In this document: positions 22,788 to 33,437 of the stretch, piece after piece
Numbering within the stretch: the first letter of the stretch is position 1
Layout of the letters: the number at the start of each line of letters is the position of its first letter
Assembly (NCBI GenBank): GCA_943788985.1
Contig: CALSSJ010000010.1
Span: 32,001-96,000, forward strand
DNA length: 64,000 nt
Direction: 5' to 3'
Source: an uncultured Lentisphaerales bacterium
Lineage (GTDB): Bacteria > Verrucomicrobiota > Lentisphaeria > JABSQK01 > UBA12247
Translations under genes and position numbers: made by a program
Notes under the pieces: generated by a model
The model's database searches: none
Told to the model about the DNA's origin: nothing
The model's input: the letters and a program-made list of their open reading frames with translations, nothing else

Positions 22788-24659
22788 TCAGCTGTTTGCC
22801 AGCGCCTCTAGCTCCGCCCAGCGCTCATAGAGCACTGCTGTTCGGTCCTGAAGCGTCTTCAGCGCATCGCCATGCCTCTGAGCATCCTTAGGCGATGTCG
22901 CATAGAGATCCGGGTCCGCCAAAAGCGTCTCCAACTCCACCGCCTTCTCTTCGGCAGCGAGAATTGTAGCTTCCATGCCGGCCAACTCCTGCGTCTGCTT
23001 ATAATTGAGGCGCGAACGGCGCTTGGACGGGCGACCCGTTGCGGACTTGGCACCGCCCTGCTGCTCGGCACCACTCTTTTTGTTGCGCGCAGCCAGCTTC
23101 TCCCGATAGTAGTCATAATCACCTTCCTGGTAGACAACCTCTCCATTGCCCTCAAACGCCAGAATCGCCGTGCAGACCCGGTTCAGGAAATAACGATCAT
23201 GGCTCACCACGATCACGCACCCTCCGAACTCTGCAAGCCCCTCTTCAAGCACGCGGAGCGTCGCCAGATCAAGATCATTAGTCGGTTCGTCTAAAATCAG
23301 CAGATTCCCGCCGCGGATCAACTGCTTCGCGAGGAGGAGTCGGTTGCGCTCCCCGCCGGACAGGTCCTTGACCAGGGTGTTGATGCGGTCGTCCGTGAAC
23401 AAAAAACGATGCAAATAGGACCAGACCGTAATCGTGCCTGAGCCAAAGGGGATATCACGCTTGCCATCGCCCACTTCATCGAGCACAGTTTTCTCGTTAT
23501 TCAGCTGCACGCGGCCCTGGTCAATGTAGTTGAACATGACCTTGGGGCCGACCAAGACGGTGCCGGATTCAGCCTTCTGCTGCCCCATCAGGACGCGGAG
23601 CAAAGTGGTCTTGCCGATTCCGTTCGGCCCGACAATGCCCAGTCGCGTACCGGCTGTAAACTCCAGGTTCAGCCCCCGGACCAGCGGCCGATCGCCGACG
23701 TTCACGCAGACATCCTCCAGCTCGACCACGCGAGTGCCCAGCCGGGGCGGGGCGGGCAACAGCAAGTCCACGTCACGCGCAATGTTCGGCCCCTCTTGAG
23801 CGGCGGCCTCATAGAAACGGTCGAGCCGGCCCTTCCCTTTCGTCGTCCGGGCCTTGGGGCCGCGGCGTACCCAGTCCAACTCACGGCGGATAAAACTTTT
23901 GCGCCGGTCGTCCTGCTTAATCTCCGCAGCCTGGCGTTCGGCACTTCCCGTCAAATAGGCCGTGTAATTTCCCGGGTAGCTATAAATCTGGCCATCACGC
24001 AGCTCCAAGATGCGGGTGCAGACGCGATCCAGAAAGTAGCGATCATGGGTGACCAGCAGCAGGGTGCGGGCGTTGCGCTGGAGAAAGGTCTCGAGCCACT
24101 CGATCGTGCTTGCGTCCAGATGGTTCGTCGGTTCGTCCAAGATCAGCAGATCTGCTGCCGCCACGAGCGTACGGGCAATGGCGATGCGACGTTTTTCCCC
24201 GCCTGACATCGAAGACACTGGGCGCTCATCTACTGGGATCCCGAGCGCGTCAATCAGCTTGCGGCGCCGTACATCTACGTCCCAGCCATCGCGTGCGGTC
24301 AACTCGGTCTCGATCTCCAGGCGTCGCGTCTCCTCCGCATGATCACACTCATCGAGCAGGTCATAGAGCTCCTTTGCGCCCAGGCGCACGTTCGCATCCG
24401 CGGTTTGGGCCTCATCCAGCGCAAACTCCTGGGGCAACATCGCCGCATGCAGACCCTTGCGCCGCCGCACATCCCCGTCATTGGCCTCCTGTTGGCCAGC
24501 CAGAATGCGGAGCATCGTAGATTTCCCCGTGCCGTTGCGACCGACAACGCCGACGCGCTCTCCTTCATGAATCGTGAACGAGACGCCATCCAGCAGGATT
24601 TGAGGACCGATATTGGCAGAAAGGGCATCGGCAGCCAAAACAGGGGTAGTAGGTGCCAT
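22788..24659 (-). CDS. ABC-F family ATP-binding protein (Uup-like)
   Basis: Two ABC domains (GRNGTGKST, GPNGIGKTT), GPKARTTK linker, C-terminal coiled coil. Confidence 0.93.
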   Translation of the reverse strand: MAPTTPVLAADALSANIGPQILLDGVSFTIHEGERVGVVGRNGTGKSTMLRILAGQQEANDGDVRRRKGLHAAMLPQEFALDEAQTADANVRLGAKELYDLLDECDHAEETRRLEIETELTARDGWDVDVRRRKLIDALGIPVDERPVSSMSGGEKRRIAIARTLVAAADLLILDEPTNHLDASTIEWLETFLQRNARTLLLVTHDRYFLDRVCTRILELRDGQIYSYPGNYTAYLTGSAERQAAEIKQDDRRKSFIRRELDWVRRGPKARTTKGKGRLDRFYEAAAQEGPNIARDVDLLLPAPPRLGTRVVELEDVCVNVGDRPLVRGLNLEFTAGTRLGIVGPNGIGKTTLLRVLMGQQKAESGTVLVGPKVMFNYIDQGRVQLNNEKTVLDEVGDGKRDIPFGSGTITVWSYLHRFLFTDDRINTLVKDLSGGERNRLLLAKQLIRGGNLLILDEPTNDLDLATLRVLEEGLAEFGGCVIVVSHDRYFLNRVCTAILAFEGNGEVVYQEGDYDYYREKLAARNKKSGAEQQGGAKSATGRPSKRRSRLNYKQTQELAGMEATILAAEEKAVELETLLADPDLYATSPKDAQRHGDALKTLQDRTAVLYERWAELEALANS

Positions 24660-24845
24660 CTATCAGTGACCCACGGAGGGCGTTGCGCCATCCATGCTCC
24701 AAACTCTTTGAAATCCTCTCACGTGCACACCTGTCTCCTCAGCCATATTAGTCATCCGACATATCGTCAATCCGATACAGTGGAGCCTGGCGCGCAATAG
24801 TCAGTGAGTATCGTAAGTTGGATTTGAGCGATCGTGCCGCCTGGC

Positions 24846-25352
24846 CTATAATGCAAGCGTATGGGTCTTACCGCGGGCGTTTTTGATCACGATTTGGTCG
24901 TTCCCGACAGCCGCAGTACTCAGCCAACGGGCGCCAGGATCTCCGCTAATTATAGGCTCCCCCGGAATGGGGCGCAGCAGAAAGTCAATGAATTCACTGG
25001 CAAGGTGTCTTTTTACCGAGCCATCGCGATCATGAATGATAATCACGCTATCGGTGAGTTTTGAGACCTGATGGTTGCCACGGATGTGGACGATGCGGTC
25101 GCCGCCCTCAAGGACATGGACGGTGCTGAAGAGACCACTGAAACCGATCAACTTCACCGACCACAGTGCCGTATCGCGCTTGCCAGCAGCGAACACCGTG
25201 ACGACGCCGTCGGTGTTACTCCGGCGCACGTCCACTGCCTTGCCTTTATCGGTAAGCCAGACTTCAGCGGGAGGCGGTGCAAACAAGCAGGCGCTGGCAT
25301 GCGGTACGGCGGCACTCAGAAAGATGGCGAGAAAGAGCAGGGCGGTTTTCAT
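24846..25352 (-). CDS. Hypothetical secreted protein
   Basis: Clear signal peptide MKTALLFLAIFLSAAVPHASA. Confidence 0.65.
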   Translation of the reverse strand: MKTALLFLAIFLSAAVPHASACLFAPPPAEVWLTDKGKAVDVRRSNTDGVVTVFAAGKRDTALWSVKLIGFSGLFSTVHVLEGGDRIVHIRGNHQVSKLTDSVIIIHDRDGSVKRHLASEFIDFLLRPIPGEPIISGDPGARWLSTAAVGNDQIVIKNARGKTHTLAL

Positions 25353-25605
25353 GGGGACGCTCCAGAAGATGGGTCATGCCTATTTTCTACACGTGGTGCT
25401 GAGAAATCTCACCAGCAAAGGGGAACTGCAGTCGGACGATGCCTGTTCCGTAGGTCTTTTCCAAGGGTCAGGCAGTTGCCCTGCGCCGAGGATGGAAAGG
25501 CCCGATGCGGTGATTCCTAGCGTTGAGTTCAGTTGTGGTCGCAGGGCCCGTAGAGCCAGGTAACGACGACTACCCCTCAGCAGTACTCCTGAGGGTATCG
25601 GTCAA

Positions 25606-27585
25606 TCAGTCCAGAATTGTGTCCAAGGGGCCAAGCCCGGGGTTTACATCCTGTGGGGCTTGGCGGCTAAAGAACCAATCGAAGGATTTGATCGGTGCGG
25701 TGTCCGCAGCACTGGGGATCGCCCGCTCGCCAGTTCGGTTCCACGTACGAATCACATTGATCGCATGGCTGTGTGCATGGGCGACTTCCATGTTGTACTC
25801 TAGGTCACCGAGCACGCGTCGCGCAGCAGCCGCACTGATCAACTTTCCGCTCCCCTCGAAGCGTCCAAGCTGATCCTGATAGCGCGAGAGAATCACAAGG
25901 TGGAGCATGTTGAAGCCCACCAAGTAGGTGGCCACGTGTTCGGGATCATAGCTGCGTTGGAGGAAGCGCCGGATCTCGGCAGAGATATTCTGGAGTTGGC
26001 CATCGTTTACGCCCTTGTGACGACTCAGCAGATCGTCGATCCTTTCGGCAAGTTGGGGCGGGACCGCGAGCGCGCGCAGGTAGCGCACGACTTCCTTGCG
26101 GAGCGCTTCCATGGCCTCCGGCTGAGTCTTGCCCGAGCGCGCCAACATTTCAGCCGTGATGAAGTACTCGGCGAGCTTGCTGCCGAGGACAAAGGACAGG
26201 ACGCGCGGCGGCTCGTTCTGCAGGGTGCGGATCTCACTGGTGATCGCCTCCAGCTTCTTGACGACTTCGCTGAGGTAGCCATGCTCAGAGTTCGCAGTTA
26301 GCATCCGGGAGACCGGGCCAAAATCCAAGTCTGCCATCTCGTTCTGCATCAAGCCAAAGCGGGTAGTCAACTCGCGCGCCCAGAGGTTGTTATCGCCAGC
26401 GGTCATCAGCGAGATCGGGCTGCGATACTGCCTGCGAAACCGCTCCATGGCCCGGCTCGTTCCCAAGGCATAGCCAAGCGTGCCCTGGTGGCGATGATAA
26501 TGCAGCTTCCAGTTCTGCCCGTCGCTCCGGGCAATGTAGAAGGCGTCGCGTACCCGCGCGCCATTGTCGATTGCTTCAAGCTGCTCGAACGGACTCGCTA
26601 GCTCCCCGGCGCACATGGTGACACCGAGAACGCTCGCCGGATCGGAGACCGTCAGCTCAGCTGCGATCGAAAAGACGTGCGGTTCGCGCATGTCTAAGCC
26701 GGTGATGGCATAGTCCTTGATGCGTACCGGCGTACGCTCAAAAGCTGCCGCATCCACATGCACCCCCTCCAACTCCACCAGGCTGTCACGATGCGCCGCC
26801 AAGTTGCCGTTGGACCAGGCGGAGAGGATGCGATCCAGGGTGGCGACGGCCATCAGCGCCCGGGAGATCCGGTCCTGCCCCGTTGTCAGAAAGGTGGGAG
26901 CTAGCACCTCCATCGGCCCACGTGCCTCGGCCTCCTCAAGCTTCCTGGCGATCTCCGGTAATACCATGTCAGGCCGAATACCTAGGGAGGGGCGTTGCTG
27001 TAAGCGAGCGAGCAAAGCCACGATCTCAATGGTCGCGGGCAACCCGGGCTGCACCTTCTTGGTCGTCTCCTGCCACTCTCTGCGGGCTCTGGCGTGCTCA
27101 AGCAGGACGCCGAGTGGCTCCAACGCGGTCGGGGCCACAAGCTGAAGCCGCTTGCCATCGCTGCGCCACGTCAGCCGGCCAAGTTGTGAGGCGGTTTTGC
27201 TGTAAGCTGCCAGCATCGTCGGCGACAGGCGGTCATCGCGCACCAGATAGTTAAAAGCCGTCGATGCCGGGTCCGACAACGTGAGCCGGTAGTCGGCCGC
27301 CCACGTTTCTGCATCCACCTGACGCACCTGTAGCACGGCGATGTCGTGGATCAACAGCGGCCCGCCTACGGCATCGCCCAAGCCGAGCGCAGAATAGGTC
27401 TGCAGGTAGCCTTTGTCGTTGTTGGCAATCGCCAGAAACAACCCGTGCGCTTGGGTCGCCAACGTCCGTTCGATGGTGCTTGCGGCATCCTCCGCCTGTG
27501 GTGCCTCATCACGGCCACAGCCGCAAACCAGAAGCACCGCGATCATAACGGACAGGAGTAAGAATTGCGGAGATTTCCCGGTCAC
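25606..27585 (-). CDS. Hypothetical lipoprotein with internal duplication
   Basis: Lipobox LLVCGC; LTLSDPAS/LTVSDPAS repeat; GAGG upstream. Confidence 0.75.
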   Translation of the reverse strand: MTGKSPQFLLLSVMIAVLLVCGCGRDEAPQAEDAASTIERTLATQAHGLFLAIANNDKGYLQTYSALGLGDAVGGPLLIHDIAVLQVRQVDAETWAADYRLTLSDPASTAFNYLVRDDRLSPTMLAAYSKTASQLGRLTWRSDGKRLQLVAPTALEPLGVLLEHARARREWQETTKKVQPGLPATIEIVALLARLQQRPSLGIRPDMVLPEIARKLEEAEARGPMEVLAPTFLTTGQDRISRALMAVATLDRILSAWSNGNLAAHRDSLVELEGVHVDAAAFERTPVRIKDYAITGLDMREPHVFSIAAELTVSDPASVLGVTMCAGELASPFEQLEAIDNGARVRDAFYIARSDGQNWKLHYHRHQGTLGYALGTSRAMERFRRQYRSPISLMTAGDNNLWARELTTRFGLMQNEMADLDFGPVSRMLTANSEHGYLSEVVKKLEAITSEIRTLQNEPPRVLSFVLGSKLAEYFITAEMLARSGKTQPEAMEALRKEVVRYLRALAVPPQLAERIDDLLSRHKGVNDGQLQNISAEIRRFLQRSYDPEHVATYLVGFNMLHLVILSRYQDQLGRFEGSGKLISAAAARRVLGDLEYNMEVAHAHSHAINVIRTWNRTGERAIPSAADTAPIKSFDWFFSRQAPQDVNPGLGPLDTILD

Positions 27586-27663
27586 ATATACCTCATCACT
27601 GGGCGGCTTCGCTGGATCATTATACCCACGGCAAAACCTGCGCCATGGGCACCCTTAGAACGC

Positions 27664-28809
27664 CTACTTTACGTACATTCCCAGCACACGCTTGGTGTTT
27701 ACAAGTTTCTCTTTCTCCGGATAGTTCGGATATTTGACGACAAACTCGTCGATCAGCTTAATTGCCTTGGCGGCATTTGCACCGCGCTGGTCTTTGAGAT
27801 TCTTGTTTTTGACGTTTTTGATCACGGCCTTGATCGCTGCGTAGGCGCTGTCTGCATCGCTCGCTGGGGCTGCCGCAGGCGCTGCTGGGGCTACTGCTGT
27901 CGCTGGCGTTGTCGCCGCTGCAGGCGCAGGCTTCTTATTGCCGCTCGAGGAGAGCCACGCAACGCCAAGGGCGAGAATCACAACCGCACCCACGATCAGG
28001 ACAATGAACATCTTCTTGGACTTCTTCTCGTCCTCAGACGGTTCGGTGGTCGCGTGCGTGGCGTGAATTGAATGCGGCCGGGATGCAGTCGTTCTTGCGC
28101 CGGGCTTCGTGGCAGTGCGACTCCTGGCCTTTACTCGCGCACTCTTGCTCCTGCCACCAGCCGCTGCGCCCTTACCGGCACCCGCTTTAGCCCTGGCTAC
28201 CGCTTTAGCCTTGGCCACGGCCTTAGTCCGTGCCTCCGCGCCAGGATCTGTCTCCGCGCTGTCATCTTCAGCCCCAATCAGCGGTTCTTTAGCGGCGGGC
28301 TTCTTCTTCACGGTCCCAGTCGCAGCAAGCTTTTTCTTTGCGGCCGTACCGCTGCCTGGTTTTCTTCTTGCCCCCGTAGCGGCGGGCTTCTTCCTTGCGG
28401 ATCCTGTAGGACCTGGCTTCTTCGCCTTCGGTGCGGGCGCAATTGCGGTGGCTTGCTCCTCTTCTTTTTCTTCCTCAGCGAGGGCAGGCGCTGCCTCCTC
28501 ATCCGAATCTAGAAAGTCGCTAGGAAGATCCAGCTCAGCAAGAGCTTCGGCCTCTATCTGGCGTAAAGTCTCTTCATCCAGCTCAAAATCAGCGTCTCCG
28601 CCCCCAGAAGCGGCGTCCTCTTCCACAGCATCCGACGCCGGTTCCGCATCATTGCCGTCCAGATCCAAATCGCTGAGGTCGATAGAATCCAAATCAGCGT
28701 CATCCAAATCTAGGCCGAATTCATCCAATCCGAGCTCGGCAGCAGCCTGCCGCTTGGCTTCCGCTTCGATCTCTCGAAGGGTCTCAGGGTCTAGTTCGTA
28801 GTCACTCAT
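27664..28809 (-). CDS. Hypothetical single-TM protein with acidic and Lys/Ala-rich disordered regions
   Basis: D/E-rich N-terminus, K/A/P-rich middle, TM MFIVLIVGAVVILALGVAWL. Confidence 0.75.
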   Translation of the reverse strand: MSDYELDPETLREIEAEAKRQAAAELGLDEFGLDLDDADLDSIDLSDLDLDGNDAEPASDAVEEDAASGGGDADFELDEETLRQIEAEALAELDLPSDFLDSDEEAAPALAEEEKEEEQATAIAPAPKAKKPGPTGSARKKPAATGARRKPGSGTAAKKKLAATGTVKKKPAAKEPLIGAEDDSAETDPGAEARTKAVAKAKAVARAKAGAGKGAAAGGRSKSARVKARSRTATKPGARTTASRPHSIHATHATTEPSEDEKKSKKMFIVLIVGAVVILALGVAWLSSSGNKKPAPAAATTPATAVAPAAPAAAPASDADSAYAAIKAVIKNVKNKNLKDQRGANAAKAIKLIDEFVVKYPNYPEKEKLVNTKRVLGMYVK

Positions 28810-28981
28810 GGTACTTCCATAATCGAGATTCGATTCGTTACCTATAGCTCGAATCGGGCCGATTGACACTGGAGTTTACCGATGCTACACAGGGCCTTCC
28901 CGCGCTGGTGATCTTTGCAGGGCTCGCGGGGTCTACCATGTTCAACACTTCAGTACCACCTATTCACAGTAGGAGCCCACC

Positions 28982-29647
28982 GTGATCGGGATTCCTCAGC
29001 CCTCAGCCAAAGATTTGCGCTTTACGATCTTCGGCATTCGCGTGCGCGTCAACATCCTGTTTTGGGTGATCGCATTGCTGTTCGCCTGGGATATTGGCCG
29101 GGGTGATCAACGGGGCCTGCTCGTTGGCTTGTTCGTCGTCTTCATTTCCATCCTTGGCCATGAACTTGGGCACGCGCTGGTGTCAAAAAAATACGGGGGC
29201 TGTCCGCGTGAGATCGTGCTGCACATCATGGGCGGCCATGCCATCTCGGAGCGCCAGCTACCGAGGAACAAGCGACTGCTCGGGATCGCCGCTGGGCCGG
29301 GCTTTAACCTTGCCCTTGCCCTCATCGCCTTCTTGATCTATCCGTATGTACAAGGCACCAATCTGGCAAAAATCTCGCAATTCACATTCTGGGTGAACTT
29401 GGTCTGGGGCGTGTTCAACTTGGCTCCGGTGCTTCCCCTAGACGGCGGCATGTTGGTTGAGACCTTTCTCGAAGGCCAGGTCTCGAATCCCAGCTATCGG
29501 GCGTTGCGCGTCAGCGTTTACGCGGGCATCGTCTGCGCCATCCTAGCGCTGTGGGCTGGCTTTGTCTTTGGCACGATGATTTATGGTATGATGGCTTATA
29601 TGGCACACCAACAAACACGCCTGCCGCCAAGACCCGCTTGGCGTTAA
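28982..29647 (+). CDS. Site-2 (M50) membrane metalloprotease
   Basis: HELGH, AAGP, NLAPVLPLDGG. Confidence 0.92.
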   Translation: MIGIPQPSAKDLRFTIFGIRVRVNILFWVIALLFAWDIGRGDQRGLLVGLFVVFISILGHELGHALVSKKYGGCPREIVLHIMGGHAISERQLPRNKRLLGIAAGPGFNLALALIAFLIYPYVQGTNLAKISQFTFWVNLVWGVFNLAPVLPLDGGMLVETFLEGQVSNPSYRALRVSVYAGIVCAILALWAGFVFGTMIYGMMAYMAHQQTRLPPRPAWR

Positions 29648-29698
29648 GAAGCCCCGACTTTTGCGAACTCCGCAACTCCCACACTCTTCGAGACCCAC

Positions 29699-29881
29699 AT
29701 GACGCGTCGCCTTCTCCTATTTCTGGCTGTAGCCCTCTTGGTATCTGGTTGCGTAGTTCGCACCACGCGCCGCACACCGACCATTGACGAACTCGGCAAC
29801 AATCGCGCTAGAATCGGACCGGATGGTCGTATTGAGGAATCAGAGATCATCTGGCTCTGGGGATCAGAGAAGAAGAAGTGA
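29699..29881 (+). CDS. Small lipoprotein
   Basis: LLVSGC lipobox; overlaps the next gene. Confidence 0.65.
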   Translation: MTRRLLLFLAVALLVSGCVVRTTRRTPTIDELGNNRARIGPDGRIEESEIIWLWGSEKKK

Positions 29882-30492
29882 CCCACCCGCCCACCGACCC
29901 GGATCTTCCCATCCGCCAGGCTGTCCTAGTGGCCATCGACTTCGAGGCGACTGGCAGTGTCCCGGGCTATGACAATGAGCCGTGGCAAATCGGTATGGTC
30001 CGCATGCGCGAGGGCTGCGTCGAGATCTCTGACATCTTCGAGTCGTACCTCCAAGTCGGTGAGCGCCCGTTCAATCCCTACGCGCCGGGCAATCACCATG
30101 CCTTGCGCGACACACTTGCCGCCGCACCGACCCTTTCCTCCTTGTGGGGGGAGCTTGGACGGCCTTGGCTCTCTGGCCCCTTGGTCGCCCATAACGCTGG
30201 CACCGAGCGGGGCCTATTGCAACCCGTGGCCCCGTTGCATGACTTTGGCCCCTGGCTGGACACCTTGCGGCTGACGCGGCTGGCCTACCCGGACCTGGCC
30301 TCGCACGCATTGCAGGATGTCATCGACGCACTCGGGCTGGCGGACAGGCTGGCAGAGCTATGCCCAGGCAGGTCCGCTCACGACGCCCTTTACGATGCCG
30401 TTGGCTCCGCGCTTATTCTGGAGCAGCTTCTCGCCCACCCTGCCTGGAAGCAGCTTACCTTTCGCCAGGCTGCCGCCCGCTGGAAACGTTAG
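29878..30492 (+). CDS. DEDDh 3'-5' exonuclease (DnaQ-like)
   Basis: IDFEATG, VAHNA, LDTL, HDALYDA. Confidence 0.88.
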   Translation: MTHPPTDPDLPIRQAVLVAIDFEATGSVPGYDNEPWQIGMVRMREGCVEISDIFESYLQVGERPFNPYAPGNHHALRDTLAAAPTLSSLWGELGRPWLSGPLVAHNAGTERGLLQPVAPLHDFGPWLDTLRLTRLAYPDLASHALQDVIDALGLADRLAELCPGRSAHDALYDAVGSALILEQLLAHPAWKQLTFRQAAARWKR

Positions 30493-30582
30493 CTGCCTGT
30501 CGCCCAGACGATCCGTGTTGCGGAGTTCGCAACGCAACGTACGGTGACGGCGTTCGTACAGTTCCATGAAATCGGTACCTTC

Positions 30583-32559
30583 ATGATTCGGCGCTTTTTT
30601 CCCGCGGTCCTCGCTGCACTTCTCCTGACTGGCCCAGCCAGCGGCCAACAACAGATCACCCTGGAGCCCATGGTTGGCCTGTGGGTGCTCAATGACACCG
30701 GGGTCGAGCAAGTCCTCGCAACTCTTAGGCAGGAGCAAAAGGACGACAGCGAGATTTCCTTTGCCCGGGAAGTCATGACCCGCATGATGAAATCCACAAC
30801 CTATGAGATTCAACCTCGGGCGATCATTGCCCTGATGAACGGCAAGCGCCATGTGCTGCAGGTCGAATCAATCTCAAAAGAGGGCCCGCGCTACACACTC
30901 ATGCTCGACGGCAACCATTCCATCGAACTGACCTGGAATGATCCCATCGTACTGTTCAAGCAACAGAGACAGGCATTCGGCCTGCCGCTTTCGCAGTTGA
31001 GCGGCCACGCGCTGCGCGAGCGCGAGCAGGCGATCGCCGAAGCCTTCCAGCGGGCGATCGAAGGGCCGAGCGATCAGATGCCGCCCTTGCAGCGCATCAT
31101 GTGGCTGCTTAATACCGAGCTCGCAGTCGTAGAGAAAAAGCTCGCCATGACGCCAGCATGGGCGAAGCTACAAGGAGCGGCAAATCGCACGGCATTGCAC
31201 TACGCCGCCCAGCACAACAAGCCAAGCTTGGTAAAGCTACTGCTTAGCTCCGGTGCCGATCCAACCCAGACTGACGACAATGGCCGGATTGCGTTGCATG
31301 ACGCGGTCTCTGGACCCGGCCCGCGATCCTTGGAATCCATCGAGCTGCTGCTCGCCGCTGGAAGTGACCTCAACGCAGTTGATCGATTTCGCCGCACGCC
31401 GGTCACCCAAGTCCAGAACCCCGACGTTCTTAAGCTCCTGCTGCAGAAAGGTGTCGAGACAGACCCTGTTGCCCTCCGCCCTGCCCTGGAAAACGCGCTG
31501 CGCGCCGAAAACTTCGCGCTCATCCAGCAGGTCCTCGACGCCGGGGTCAACATCAATGCAGTGTTGGATTCCAGACAGGACACGCTGCTGCACCGCGCAG
31601 CCGCACAGGACAACGTCGCAGCCGTGCGCTGGCTCCTTAAGCAGGGAGCCGACCCGCAGCCAGCGGGCAAGGACGGCTTCGTACCACTGTCCTACGCCGC
31701 GCGAAACCAAGGGCTGGCCTGTCTGAGCGCACTCCTGGAGGCAGGCGCTCTGCCCGATGGGCAACCGGGTGCCGCGTACAGCCCGCTTCATCTGGCAGCG
31801 TCATCCGGCAAGCCGGAGGCAGTCTCGCTGCTACTGCAAGCCGGGGCAGACGCCAATCTCCAACCCAAGACTCCGACCGACCAGATCGGAGCCACTGCCT
31901 TGCTCCTCGCTGTAGAGGAGCAACAGGTGGAATGTGTGAAACTGTTGCTAGCCGCTGGGGCCAAGCCAGAACAGATCTGCTCCAGGCTTCAAACGCCCAT
32001 TGACGCCGCCAACAACGCCAACTCCCCTGAGCTTTGGGCGCTGCTGCCGTTTCCCGGCAAAGAGCCGCGCGCAGCACCCGCCACAGGACCAGAGGGCCCA
32101 CCGCAGATTTCCGTTACCCTTGGGAAATCTTGGAAAGAGATCCGCGGCTCCCACTGGAAGACTCAGGAACTTGGCAAGCCCCAGACCTACTTTATCGAAC
32201 GCGGAGACTATCGGGTCACGGTTGAATTTCCGGACGGCACGCAAGCCACCGTTCCTCTCTACCGAAACCTCCGCCTAGACCAGAGGCAGGGAATCATCAC
32301 CATGGTCGCAGGAAAGCTCACCGCCGAGCCGCTCACTCTTCCGGACGTAGTGGCCCAGCTCGAGAGGTGGCTTAAGACTCTGGCCGCGAACCCGACCGAA
32401 TCAAGCGCGGCCGCCTTTGCAAGCCTGCGCGACGGCCCGCTGAGGCCCGCTTCGATCATCGCCACCCGCCCAGACGGCGTCATTGCCCAATTCAATGCTA
32501 GCCCGTCGCGAAAAGCCCACTGGCTCCTCGAACTTCAGCTGACGACCCCAATTAACTAG
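30583..32559 (+). CDS. Secreted ankyrin-repeat protein
   Basis: Signal peptide; repeats such as TALHYAA..LLLSSGADP, SPLHLAA..LLLQAGADAN. Confidence 0.88.
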   Translation: MIRRFFPAVLAALLLTGPASGQQQITLEPMVGLWVLNDTGVEQVLATLRQEQKDDSEISFAREVMTRMMKSTTYEIQPRAIIALMNGKRHVLQVESISKEGPRYTLMLDGNHSIELTWNDPIVLFKQQRQAFGLPLSQLSGHALREREQAIAEAFQRAIEGPSDQMPPLQRIMWLLNTELAVVEKKLAMTPAWAKLQGAANRTALHYAAQHNKPSLVKLLLSSGADPTQTDDNGRIALHDAVSGPGPRSLESIELLLAAGSDLNAVDRFRRTPVTQVQNPDVLKLLLQKGVETDPVALRPALENALRAENFALIQQVLDAGVNINAVLDSRQDTLLHRAAAQDNVAAVRWLLKQGADPQPAGKDGFVPLSYAARNQGLACLSALLEAGALPDGQPGAAYSPLHLAASSGKPEAVSLLLQAGADANLQPKTPTDQIGATALLLAVEEQQVECVKLLLAAGAKPEQICSRLQTPIDAANNANSPELWALLPFPGKEPRAAPATGPEGPPQISVTLGKSWKEIRGSHWKTQELGKPQTYFIERGDYRVTVEFPDGTQATVPLYRNLRLDQRQGIITMVAGKLTAEPLTLPDVVAQLERWLKTLAANPTESSAAAFASLRDGPLRPASIIATRPDGVIAQFNASPSRKAHWLLELQLTTPIN

Positions 32560-32561
32560 CC

Positions 32562-33437
32562 GTGAAAACATCCTTGCTCCCCCCGACCATGTTGCAGCGT
32601 CTGGAACGCATGCGCCTCGTGAGTGCGCGGCGCAATACCAGCCGAGTGCGGGGCGAGCACCTGACAGGAAGAAGCGGCAGCAGCAACGAGTTTTCAGACT
32701 ATCGCAATTACGTCGCCGGGGATGATACGCGCTTCGTCGACTGGAACGCATTTGCCCGCCTGCGCCGCCCATACATGAAGCTCTACCGCGAAGAAGACGA
32801 GATGAGCGTGGTGCTTCTGATCGACGCCTCCAAATCCATGGCCGAGCACGATAAATTCACCCGCGCTCAACAGCTGGCGTTGGCCTTTGCCATCATGGCC
32901 CTGTATGGCGGCGAACGTCTCAGCGCGTATGCCATCACCGGCAGTGGTGTCGCCCACTGGAAACCAGCGCGCGGCCGCGGCCAAATTGCGAAGTTCGCAC
33001 ATTTTTTAGAGACTCTCAATTCCGACGGGGAGGCGAGCATTGAAGCCTGCGCCGAGACCGCCATGCGCTATCACAGCGGGCGGGGGCTGGTCATCGTGCT
33101 CTCAGACTTCCTCACCCAGGGCGACCTCAAGAAGATGTTCAATCGCTTGTTCAGTCAGGGCCTCGAGATTATGGCCACCCAGATTCTCAGTGGGGTCGAG
33201 CTCAACCCAGAGTTGACCGGTGACGCGCGCCTGGTTGATTGCGAGACCAGCGAGGTGCTCGATGTCTCGGCGAACTCCTACCTCATGCAGCTCTACCATG
33301 AACACCTCAGCGATCTCCGAGAATTACTGGGCTCGCTCGCCAAATCACGGGGCGGGCGATATCTCAGCTTCTGCGCAGATGACCGCATTGAGGAGATGTT
33401 ATTCGGCCAGGCTCTTCGCGCCGGGTGGCTGAAATGA
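32562..33437 (+). CDS. DUF58 (VWA-like) protein
   Basis: GSSNEFSDYRNYVAGDDTRFVDWN, IDASKSM, VLSDF. Confidence 0.92.
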   Translation: MKTSLLPPTMLQRLERMRLVSARRNTSRVRGEHLTGRSGSSNEFSDYRNYVAGDDTRFVDWNAFARLRRPYMKLYREEDEMSVVLLIDASKSMAEHDKFTRAQQLALAFAIMALYGGERLSAYAITGSGVAHWKPARGRGQIAKFAHFLETLNSDGEASIEACAETAMRYHSGRGLVIVLSDFLTQGDLKKMFNRLFSQGLEIMATQILSGVELNPELTGDARLVDCETSEVLDVSANSYLMQLYHEHLSDLRELLGSLAKSRGGRYLSFCADDRIEEMLFGQALRAGWLK

